Assembly (NCBI GenBank): GCA_050012255.1
Contig: JBEKHN010000004.1
Coordinates: forward strand, 32,001 to 96,000
Source of the DNA: Candidatus Bathyarchaeia archaeon
Lineage (GTDB): Archaea > Thermoproteota > Bathyarchaeia > Bathyarchaeales > Bathycorpusculaceae
DNA: 64,000 bases
Reading direction: 5' to 3'
This document shows positions 39,879-48,323 of this stretch, in pieces (position 1 is the stretch's first letter; the number at the start of each line of letters is the position of its first letter). The notes below the pieces were generated by a model. The model was not told the DNA's origin, ran no database searches, and saw only the letters and a program-made list of their open reading frames with translations. Both the position numbers and the translations under genes were made by a program.

Positions 39879-40868
39879 TTGTCACCGTTTCAAAAACGGC
39901 AAAGTGAAAACTTGGCATTATCGATGATGAAACCCCGCGACCTGATCCGAGTGCATGACGAAAAGGCAGACCCTTGGAGGATCGTGTGTAGAGAGAAGGG
40001 CTCTAACAAGCAGTTGGAAATCATAGAGAACGCCTTGGCAAGATACGGGCTGTCGCAGAACGAAATAAGAGCGTACGTTTACCTCGCAAGAACTGGCGAA
40101 AGGAAAGCTGCAGAAATTGCTGAAGCTATATCACTTCACCGAACCGAAACCTACAGAACGCTTCGGGACTTGGAAAAAAGAGGCATCGCGCTCTCAACTT
40201 TTGAACGACCGTTGCGGTTCACAGCGGTGCCTCTGGATAAAGCAATCGAACGACTGATGGAAACTGAAAAAACGAAGCTCAAGCTTCTTGAGAAAGAAAA
40301 GGCCGACTTAATCCAGCTTTGGTCGTCGATGCCAAAGCCAAGAAACGAGAATAGCAAAAAGGAAGTGTTCCAAATACTCGAAGGCGAATCGCAAATAATT
40401 CTGAAAGCCAACGATCTTCTTGGGAAAACTCGGACGGAACTGCAGATTTTTGCTCCTGAAGAGCACCTAGCTCAACTGTACCGCAGCGATTTCATGGATA
40501 ATCTCGAGCAGCACTCTTACGATGTGAGCATCGATCTGCTGACTGAAGACTCGTTGAAGAGCAGATTCTTCTGCGAGCGAATCGGTTGGTCAAACCATAC
40601 ATGCTGCGTTGGCGATGTAAGGAAACTGCCTTGTTTCATGATCTCAGACAGAGAAGAACTTCTCATCGTTTACAACAAAAAATCCGAAGACAAGAGCAGA
40701 GCGAGGAAGAAGAAAAGCAGAACTGCGGCTCTCTGGACCAATTGCACCGCTCTTGTTGTAAGTATGCTGACGCTGTTCTACAGAATGGCCGAAGCTAGAG
40801 AAACTGCGCAGGTCTGCACCGCGCAAGCAGCAGAAATCGGCTTGCAAATGGAAGACCGGGATAGTTAG
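39879..40868 (+). CDS. TrmB-family transcriptional regulator
   Basis: YGLS.NE..AY.YL; HRTETYR.L..LE.RG wHTH; C-terminal effector domain. Confidence 0.88.
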   Translation: MSPFQKRQSENLALSMMKPRDLIRVHDEKADPWRIVCREKGSNKQLEIIENALARYGLSQNEIRAYVYLARTGERKAAEIAEAISLHRTETYRTLRDLEKRGIALSTFERPLRFTAVPLDKAIERLMETEKTKLKLLEKEKADLIQLWSSMPKPRNENSKKEVFQILEGESQIILKANDLLGKTRTELQIFAPEEHLAQLYRSDFMDNLEQHSYDVSIDLLTEDSLKSRFFCERIGWSNHTCCVGDVRKLPCFMISDREELLIVYNKKSEDKSRARKKKSRTAALWTNCTALVVSMLTLFYRMAEARETAQVCTAQAAEIGLQMEDRDS

Positions 40869-43231
40869 GCGGACAACTTCTCTTTTATGGCGTTGCGCTT
40901 CTCCTCTGTCAGCGGACCGAACTTCTTAATCCTGTCAGTGAACATGCTGAACAGTTCGGCAGCTTTCTTGTAGACTGGCAACGGCACGTAGCTGTAGCGT
41001 ACTCGCATGTTTTCGACTCCGTATTTTGCCAGTTCTTTTCCGAGGTCTATTATTCTTTTCTTTGTGAACTTCTCGTCGATCTCTTGCGTTCCTTCAACGA
41101 TCAGAATACCGTCAGCACCGTACGCGAAGGCATAAAGCAGGTGTTTCAAGCCTAGTATGGCAGTTGTTGGAACTGGAATGATCCTGACGTTTTCCGGATA
41201 GTTTGTGCGGTCCAGTCCAAGGAAGTCCATGCCGGTGTAGCCAACATTCTTGTCGACAAAAGCGACCACTCTGACTTCGCCGGGCTGCTTTTCTTCCAGC
41301 ACTCCTCTGAGACTGGCAATTATCTGCTTTGCAGTCGCGTTCTTGAAGTCTATGGCTTCTTGTGGGCAAACAGGTATGCATGCACCGCAGCCTGTGCACT
41401 GGAACGCGTCGACCTTGGCCTTGCCGTTCTGCATGCTGATCGCGTTCACTGGACAAATGGGCATGCAGCCGCCGCAGCCATTGCACAGGTCAGAGATCAC
41501 AAAGGCTTTCTCAGGAGAAGTCGTGACATAATCACTCTTCAAGAACAGAGCCGCTTTGGCAGACGCGCCTAAACCGTCTGAGACCGTGTCACGAACGTCT
41601 TTCGGGCTTAAGGCGCAGCCGCAAGCAAAAATTCCGGTTACAAGCGAATCCACTGGGTCAAGCTTGGGATGCTTCTCCGTGATGAAACCGTCCTCACCGA
41701 GTGGGACCTTCATTTTTTCGGCCAGTTCCTTCAGTCCTGCTGGCGGAACCATCGGCGTTGCCAGCGCGATCATGTCAAACTGCTCTTCGGTCGTCTCGCC
41801 GGTTATCGTGTCTTCCGCCACTGCAACGAGCTTGCCGTTGCTGCTATCCTTGTAGACTTCTGCCACCTTGCCTCGTATGAAACTGACCCCTGCCTCTTCG
41901 TCACGCCAGTAGAGGTCTTCGTAACCCTTGCCCGTGGCTCTGATGTCTGTGTAGTAAATGGTAACATCGATTCCGAGCATTTTCTTCAGCACGAAAGCCT
42001 GTTTTAGCGCGTACATGCAGCAGATGCGACTGCAGTATGGGATGTAATTCTTGTCTCTGGAGCCCGCGCAGAGCACTATGCCGATTTTCTTGACGTCGCT
42101 GCCGTCTGCCCTCTTGATGTAGCCGCCCGTGGGGCCTGTGGCTGACACGAGTCTTTCCAGATCCATCATGGTGATGACGTCTTTGTAGTTGCCGTAACCG
42201 TAAGTCTCAAGCTTCTTGGCATCATAGAGCTGGTAGCCAGTTGCCATGATGATGCCTCCCACGTGCAAGTCGACCGTGAAACCTTTGTCTGTCAGGCTTA
42301 CCGCCTTGGCTGGGCAAAGCTGCTCACACTTTCCACACTTTGTGCATGTTTCAAAGTCAATCGTATAGGCTGAGGGCACAGCCTGTGGGAACTCGATGTA
42401 AGCTGCTTTCCTCTGCGAGAGGCCTTCGTTGAACTCGTCTGGACAGGAAACAGGGCAAACCTTGGCGCAGACACCGCAGCTTCTGCATTTCTGCACGTCC
42501 ACGCCTCGAGGTTTCATGAAAACCTTCACGTCATAGTTTCCTGGGCGGCCGCTGACTTCCTGCACTTCGGAGTATGTGTACAGGGCAACGTTGGGGTTTC
42601 TGCCCACTTCGGCCATCCTCGGCGTCAAGATGCACTGCGCGCAGTCCAATGTTGGGAAGACCTTCGTCAGTTTTGCCATGTTGCCGCCGATGCTTGGCTT
42701 TCGTTCGACTAGATGAACCTTGTAGCCCAGATAGCCGAGCTCAAGAGCGGCTGTGATGCCTGCTATGCCGCCGCCAACGATGAGAATCTCCCTAGAACCC
42801 TTCTCGCTGATAGTCTGCATCGCTTCAAGCTGCTGGCTTCGCTCGTAGCCGCCTCTAATTAGGCTTATGGCTTTTCTCGTGGCCTCGGCTGAACGGTGAG
42901 GGCCGTGAACCCAGGAGTCTTGTTCCCTGATGTTCACAAACTCGAGCATGAAGGGGTTCAACCCAGCCCTCTCCAAGACAGCTTGAAAAGTTGCAAGGTG
43001 CATCCTCGGCGTGCAACTGGCAACCACAACTCTGTCCAAGTTCTCCTTCTTCACAGAGTCAAGTATCAGTTCCTGAGCTGGCTTGGAGCAAAGATACTTG
43101 TGATACTTGGCCACTGCAACGTCAGGCCAACTCTTGACAGTGTCAACGACAGATTTTACGTCCACAACGTCGCCTATGTTGCCGCCGCATTCACACACGA
43201 AAATGCCGATTCTAGGCGATTTCTTCTCCAT
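40865..43231 (-). CDS. hdrA: Heterodisulfide reductase subunit A-like flavoprotein fused to a Cys-less MvhD-like domain
   Basis: GIFVCECGGNI, CTPRMH, GGGIAG, PTLDC..C, inserted 2x[4Fe-4S], CSRICC, C-terminal 2x[4Fe-4S], then an MvhD-like segment. Start re-called at ATG 43231. Confidence 0.92.
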   Translation of the reverse strand: MEKKSPRIGIFVCECGGNIGDVVDVKSVVDTVKSWPDVAVAKYHKYLCSKPAQELILDSVKKENLDRVVVASCTPRMHLATFQAVLERAGLNPFMLEFVNIREQDSWVHGPHRSAEATRKAISLIRGGYERSQQLEAMQTISEKGSREILIVGGGIAGITAALELGYLGYKVHLVERKPSIGGNMAKLTKVFPTLDCAQCILTPRMAEVGRNPNVALYTYSEVQEVSGRPGNYDVKVFMKPRGVDVQKCRSCGVCAKVCPVSCPDEFNEGLSQRKAAYIEFPQAVPSAYTIDFETCTKCGKCEQLCPAKAVSLTDKGFTVDLHVGGIIMATGYQLYDAKKLETYGYGNYKDVITMMDLERLVSATGPTGGYIKRADGSDVKKIGIVLCAGSRDKNYIPYCSRICCMYALKQAFVLKKMLGIDVTIYYTDIRATGKGYEDLYWRDEEAGVSFIRGKVAEVYKDSSNGKLVAVAEDTITGETTEEQFDMIALATPMVPPAGLKELAEKMKVPLGEDGFITEKHPKLDPVDSLVTGIFACGCALSPKDVRDTVSDGLGASAKAALFLKSDYVTTSPEKAFVISDLCNGCGGCMPICPVNAISMQNGKAKVDAFQCTGCGACIPVCPQEAIDFKNATAKQIIASLRGVLEEKQPGEVRVVAFVDKNVGYTGMDFLGLDRTNYPENVRIIPVPTTAILGLKHLLYAFAYGADGILIVEGTQEIDEKFTKKRIIDLGKELAKYGVENMRVRYSYVPLPVYKKAAELFSMFTDRIKKFGPLTEEKRNAIKEKLSA

Positions 43232-43277
43232 CGGCGGAAATCTACCTCGTTTATGAATGATTTTAGATGATTCACGG

Positions 43278-43300
43278 GAAAACGCTTTAATAACCTTATG
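43278..43300. promoter_or_regulatory. Bidirectional TATA between hdrA and the hdrD-like gene
   Basis: Plus strand GAAAACGCTTTAATAA; the same bases read TAAGGTTATTAAAG on the minus strand. Confidence 0.5.
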
Positions 43301-43321
43301 CTCCCTTTTCAACAAAAAGCG

Positions 43322-44440
43322 ATGGACGACATGAACGCTCAAGAGCTCACTCAGAAACATAAACTTCTTGAATGCATCCAGTGTGGAACGTGCACAGGAA
43401 GCTGTCCTGTTGCGAAGAAGGCCAACTTGAACGTCAGAAAGTACATGCGCGAAGTCGCCACGCTGGGCAAGTTGACCCAGCACCCACAGAATGAATTGTG
43501 GAGCTGCACAACATGCAGCGCGTGCGGTGTTCGCTGCCCCAAGGAACTCAACCCATATGAGTTCTTGATCGACATCCGCGGGATGGCAGTTGAGGAAGGG
43601 CAAATTGCTCCTACGATTCGAGACGCCTTGGAGAGCATATTCAAGAACGGCAACCCATGGGGAAGAATGCGCAACAAACGCTCTGAATGGATGCAAGGAC
43701 TAAACATCAAACCCATCTCACAGGGTGCAGAAGTCCTTTTCTTTGTCGGCTGCACATCAGCCTACGATCCACGCGTCCAAAACGTGCCAAAAAGCCTCGC
43801 AAGATGCTTTGAAAAGGCTGGACTGAACTTTGGAATCCTCGGCGACGAGGAGAACTGCTGCGGAAGCGAGGTTTACGGCATGGGTGAGAAGGGCCTCTTC
43901 GAATTCCTAGTTGAAGAGAACATGAAAGCGTTCAACAAGTACAACGTGAAACAAGCTGTAACAAGCTGCCCACACGGGTATCACGCTTTTAAGAACAGAT
44001 ACAAGCAAACAAGCTTCGAACCTCTTCACCACACTCAACTTCTCGCCAAGCTGATTGACGAAAAGAAGTTGACTTTCTCTAAAGAGGTCAACAAGAAGGT
44101 CATATACCATGACCCGTGCTTCTTGGGCAAGCAAAACGGCATTTATGACGAGCCGAGAAAAGTCATCGAGAGCGTTCCAGGCGTCAAACTGCTGGAGTTT
44201 GACCGTTCCAGAGCCAGAAGCGTCTGCTGCGAGGGCGGAGGTGGGAGAATGTGGGTTGATATCCCAGGCCAACGGTTAGCGGAAACACGGGTGAAAGACG
44301 CCGTCGAAGCTGGAGCAGACGTCCTAGCCGTAGCCTGTCCTTACTGCCTACTGACCTTTGAAGACGCCGTAAAGACTACAGGCGTCGAAGGCAAAATTCA
44401 GATCATGGACATAGCAGAACTTCTCACACTTGCCCTGTAG
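43322..44440 (+). CDS. HdrD/GlpC-like Fe-S oxidoreductase (2x[4Fe-4S] + two CCG domains), soluble
   Basis: CIQCGTCTGSCP, CTTCSACGVRCP, GNPWG, FVGC, ENCCG, YHDPC, CCEGGGG, ACPYC. Confidence 0.9.
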   Translation: MDDMNAQELTQKHKLLECIQCGTCTGSCPVAKKANLNVRKYMREVATLGKLTQHPQNELWSCTTCSACGVRCPKELNPYEFLIDIRGMAVEEGQIAPTIRDALESIFKNGNPWGRMRNKRSEWMQGLNIKPISQGAEVLFFVGCTSAYDPRVQNVPKSLARCFEKAGLNFGILGDEENCCGSEVYGMGEKGLFEFLVEENMKAFNKYNVKQAVTSCPHGYHAFKNRYKQTSFEPLHHTQLLAKLIDEKKLTFSKEVNKKVIYHDPCFLGKQNGIYDEPRKVIESVPGVKLLEFDRSRARSVCCEGGGGRMWVDIPGQRLAETRVKDAVEAGADVLAVACPYCLLTFEDAVKTTGVEGKIQIMDIAELLTLAL

Positions 44441-44553
44441 CGAGGCGTTTCCATCGCTAACGCACAAAAACTCGCTTCCCATGACGATTACTGTGCTCAA
44501 TCAATTATATCGAGACTGAAACCGGTGCGACCCGTCTGCTCCAAGCGAGCAAA

Positions 44554-44796
44554 TCAGGGTTCACGCGTAATCATCGTCGCCGTCGACCTGACATTCTGGA
44601 GTTTTCTGATGCGCGTTACGCTCTGGTTCAGCTCGTCCATAGTTCTTGCGTTGACTTTTGCAACTATATCATAGTCACCCAGAACAACGAAGGCTTCATC
44701 AAAACCCTGAACGCTCTTCAGAGCTTTTAACACGTCATTTTCACAGCCCAAGTTCACGTTTATCAACACAAAAGCATTAAGCTTCATCCCGACCAT
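44554..44796 (-). CDS. Stand-alone Lrp/AsnC ligand-binding (RAM) domain protein
   Basis: AFVLIN; V.G.YDIVAKV; IRKL..V.ST.TMI. Confidence 0.85.
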   Translation of the reverse strand: MVGMKLNAFVLINVNLGCENDVLKALKSVQGFDEAFVVLGDYDIVAKVNARTMDELNQSVTRIRKLQNVRSTATMITREP

Positions 44797-45225
44797 CTAC
44801 CGCCTTGTGTACCTCTGCGAGCCACTATTTAGCATTTTGTCTTTCTCAATTTGCATGATTCTACCACTCTGACTGTTAGAAACATTGCCCCCAACTGGCA
44901 AAAGGACCTCAGTAGCGCCCGTAAGGACCGCATCAACGGTGCTACGTGCAGAAAAAACCGAGGGGGGTAGGCGTGTTAGACGAGGCAAAACACGAAACAG
45001 GGAACGTTAAGGGTATGTTCAAGATATCTCGCTCCTCAGATGAACATTGCAACGGTGGCGCGCGCTGAGAATAGGAATCAAGCTGCTGCTCAGAGAGCAG
45101 ACGAAAGGGCAACCAGGTGACCGTGAATAGACGTTAATCATCAAGCGAAACGGGCACACGCTGAGGATGCGAATGCTTCATAAACATGCAACAAGCAGAT
45201 CAGCCTGTCTTAGAGGGGCTTCGGC

Positions 45226-46158
45226 ATGGAAAGCTATGATTTGATTATAATCGGTGCAGGTGCTGCTGGTTTGTCAGGTGGGATCTACGGGGCGAGAAGC
45301 GGACTTAAAACTCTCATTCTGGAGGAGAAAATCGCGGGCGGCACGACTGCAGACGCTCCGTGGGTGGAGAACTACCCTGGGTTTCAAAGCATAAGCGGAA
45401 CCGAACTTGCACAGAAAATGGCAGCTCATGCCAAGACTTCAGGCGTGAAGATCAACGAGTTTGAAAGAGTTGTGAAACTGAGCCTTAGAGGTGACAAGAA
45501 GACCGTTGAAACCGAAAAAGCGAGCTATGAAGCCAAGGCAGTAATAGTCGCTTCTGGAAGCTACTATCGCCAGCTCGGCATTCCGGGTGAAAAAGAGTTT
45601 CGAGGAAGAGGCGTCAGCTACTGTGGACTGTGTGACGGACCGTTCTTCAAGGGAAAAACAGTCTTAGTCGTAGGAGGCGGCAACTCGGCCCTGATAACGG
45701 CTCTTTATCTCGCTCATCTCGGCTGCGAAGTCAAGGTTGCACATCGCAGGGATGTCTTCCGCGCTGAGGACGCCCTGGTTCAGGGACTGAAAAACGTGAA
45801 GAACATTGAAGTCTTCATGAACACTGAGGTCAAGGAGATCATCGGCGAAAAAATGGTCAAGAAAGTCAGCCTGCTTAACAAGCAGAGCGGCGAAACCGAG
45901 GAGTTGCCCGTTGACGGTGTCTTCGTCCAGGTCGGGGAAGCCCCCAACAGTCAACAGGCCGGAGAGGCAGGCGTGGCGGTTGACAAGGACAGCTACGTAA
46001 TAATCGATGGGTTGCAGCACACGAACATTGAAGGAGTTTACGCGGCAGGTGACGTTACAAACCATCCTGTTAAACAAGTTGGAACAGCGGTGGGACAGGG
46101 CATAACCGCCGCGCTTGAAGCTTATTCTTTCATCCGCAGACCATACTACAAAAGGTAA
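45226..46158 (+). CDS. trxB: Thioredoxin-disulfide reductase
   Basis: GAGAAG, ENYPG, GVSYCGLCDG, GGGNSA, AAGD. Confidence 0.92.
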   Translation: MESYDLIIIGAGAAGLSGGIYGARSGLKTLILEEKIAGGTTADAPWVENYPGFQSISGTELAQKMAAHAKTSGVKINEFERVVKLSLRGDKKTVETEKASYEAKAVIVASGSYYRQLGIPGEKEFRGRGVSYCGLCDGPFFKGKTVLVVGGGNSALITALYLAHLGCEVKVAHRRDVFRAEDALVQGLKNVKNIEVFMNTEVKEIIGEKMVKKVSLLNKQSGETEELPVDGVFVQVGEAPNSQQAGEAGVAVDKDSYVIIDGLQHTNIEGVYAAGDVTNHPVKQVGTAVGQGITAALEAYSFIRRPYYKR

Positions 46159-46270
46159 AGAATGCTCCAAAACTAATATATCGCCCCGAACTCCTTTCCA
46201 AACTTTCTAGGGTCTTTCATTCCCAGCTACACTGCAAAGAACCGCTGGCAAGCGCTGGAGAAACAGTGAA

Positions 46271-47491
46271 ATGAGTGAAAAATGCGTGTCTGCCGTAACG
46301 ATCAACCAAGACTACTGTAGCAAGTGTTCCATTTGCCATTCCGTCTGTCCTTACGAAGCCATAAAGCGGGACTTGGAAACAGGCAAGGTGGAGATAGACC
46401 TACAAAAGTGTCAGGTCTGTGGCATATGTTACAGCGCCTGTCCTGTTATGGCGATACAGATAGTCTACTATGACTATGACAGCCTCGTCAAATACGTGAA
46501 GGCCATGAGGGAAAAATGCAGGAGCGACACGCTTGTCCTGATGTGCAGGGGAAACTCGCCGTCAACGTGCGAGGTTGAAGAAATCCTCCAAGAGCAATGC
46601 TTGAAAACGAAAAAGTACGTCCCGTTGCGCCTGCCTTGTGCTGGACGAATCCCCGCCGAGTTTGTGTTTAAAGTCTTGAAGAGTGGCATAAAGAAAGTTG
46701 TGTCCATTCAGTGCGAGGACAGTTTCTGCCGTTTCAAAGAGGGCACCAAAATAAGCACCAGAAAGCTGCTCCTCGGCAGGGGGGTTCTTGAACAGCTCGG
46801 CTTGCCCAGAGACGCCTTCAAAGTGATAAAGCACTCTAGGAAAGCGGTTTACGACACGACAAAATGCGTGGGCTGCGACAAGTGCGTGTTCATCTGCCCC
46901 TACAAAGCAATAGAGGCAGAACCGTTCGCAACACCGAGAATACTTAGCGAAAAGTGCATGGGCTGTGGAGCATGCGCTCTAGTCTGTCCGCACGAGGCTA
47001 TTGAAATCAAGGGTTTCGAGTTTGAAAACGTTCTGAAACGCTACACAGAATCTGCTAAGAAGCTGAAAGAAGCAGGCATATCGCCGTTGGTTCTAGTCTT
47101 CGCGTGCCAATGGTCAGAGTTCCAAGCCTTGGATGGTCTTGAAGACCATTTATTCAAGAGAAAAGCGGTAACGATGGAGATTCCCTGCTTCAAAGCACTC
47201 GACCCAATTCACGTTATCAACGCGTTGCAAAACGGTTTTGACGGAGTGATCGCCGCCGTGTGCCCACCAGAAGACTGCAAGCTTCAGGAAGGAAAGGACA
47301 CCGCCGAAAGAAACGTCACTGTACTAAATAACGCTTTAAAGAAAATGGGCCTGCTCGAACGCTTCGAACTTTTCACAACTTCTCCGCGATGCGTCGGCGA
47401 ATTCAACGAGAAACTGAACGAGTTCTACGAGAAGATAGCTTTGATGCCGCCTCTGAAGTTAGAAGCAGTAGAGGCAAAAGCCCATGTATGA
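46271..47491 (+). CDS. Tandem (2x[4Fe-4S] ferredoxin + MvhD/FlpD-like) x2 protein
   Basis: Four CxxCxxCxxxCP motifs in two pairs, each pair followed by an MvhD-like domain (LMC..LPCAGRI..QCEDSFC; FACQWS..IPC..LDP..GFDGV..VCPPEDC). Confidence 0.8.
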   Translation: MSEKCVSAVTINQDYCSKCSICHSVCPYEAIKRDLETGKVEIDLQKCQVCGICYSACPVMAIQIVYYDYDSLVKYVKAMREKCRSDTLVLMCRGNSPSTCEVEEILQEQCLKTKKYVPLRLPCAGRIPAEFVFKVLKSGIKKVVSIQCEDSFCRFKEGTKISTRKLLLGRGVLEQLGLPRDAFKVIKHSRKAVYDTTKCVGCDKCVFICPYKAIEAEPFATPRILSEKCMGCGACALVCPHEAIEIKGFEFENVLKRYTESAKKLKEAGISPLVLVFACQWSEFQALDGLEDHLFKRKAVTMEIPCFKALDPIHVINALQNGFDGVIAAVCPPEDCKLQEGKDTAERNVTVLNNALKKMGLLERFELFTTSPRCVGEFNEKLNEFYEKIALMPPLKLEAVEAKAHV

Positions 47492-48323
47492 AATCATATC
47501 AGAGAAAGAGCTTGCCCCGAAAATCAAGCTCTTTGAGGTTCACGCTCCAGAAATTGCTGAAAAGACGCGCCCTGGACAATTCATAATGCTCATGATACAC
47601 GAAAAGGGCGAACGCATACCACTAAACATAGCTGGCTACGACACGAAGAAGGGAACAGTGAGCATCGCTTTCAACGAAGTCGGTAAAACGACAAAACAGC
47701 TGGGATGCCTGAAAATAGGCGACTGCATACAGAGCATAACGGGACCGCTCGGAAACCCTTCAGAAATAAGAAAGTTCGGTAACGTCCTGTGCGTTGCGGG
47801 AGGCGTGATGGTCGCACCGATGCTGTTGCTGGTTCAAGCGCTTCGCGAAAAGGGTAACAGGGTGACCACGGTGGTCGGTGCGAGAATCAAGGACCTACTC
47901 TTCTATGAGGAAGAGATGAAGAGCCTCAGCGTCAAGTCTTACGTGGCGACCGATGATGGTTCAAAGGGCTTCAAGGGCTTCGATTTTCTCAAGCGTGTTC
48001 TTGAAAAGGAGAAGTTTGACCGTTGCGTGGCTTGGGGACCCGTTGTGATGATGAAAAACGTGTCGGAAATAACAAAACCTCACAGCCTGCCTACGATTGT
48101 CACCTTGTCGCCGATAATGATCGACGGGATGGGCATGTGCGGCGTGTGCCGCGTCACAGTGAACGGAAAAATGAAATTCGGGTGCTTTGACGGGCCAGAA
48201 TTCGACGGTCACATGGTAGATTTTGACCAGCTGATAAACAGGCAGAGGATGTTCCTGCCAGAAGAGAGGCTGAGCTCACTCGTGTGGGAAATGCAAGGAA
48301 GCTGCGCACGTGGCCGAAAGTAA
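47484..48323 (+). CDS. nfnA: NfnA/SudB small subunit (FAD/NAD-binding, [2Fe-2S])
   Basis: PGQF, GERIP, GPLG, TDDGS, DGMGMCGVCR..CFDGPEF. Confidence 0.9.
   Translation: MYEIISEKELAPKIKLFEVHAPEIAEKTRPGQFIMLMIHEKGERIPLNIAGYDTKKGTVSIAFNEVGKTTKQLGCLKIGDCIQSITGPLGNPSEIRKFGNVLCVAGGVMVAPMLLLVQALREKGNRVTTVVGARIKDLLFYEEEMKSLSVKSYVATDDGSKGFKGFDFLKRVLEKEKFDRCVAWGPVVMMKNVSEITKPHSLPTIVTLSPIMIDGMGMCGVCRVTVNGKMKFGCFDGPEFDGHMVDFDQLINRQRMFLPEERLSSLVWEMQGSCARGRK

Noticed and set aside
43232-43696. 155-aa N-terminal extension of the HdrA ORF
   Set aside because: Antisense to the hdrD-like gene; HdrA homology and an SD begin at 43231.
45145-45170. GAAA and CTGAGGA hammerhead-like core
   Set aside because: The required stems cannot be formed.
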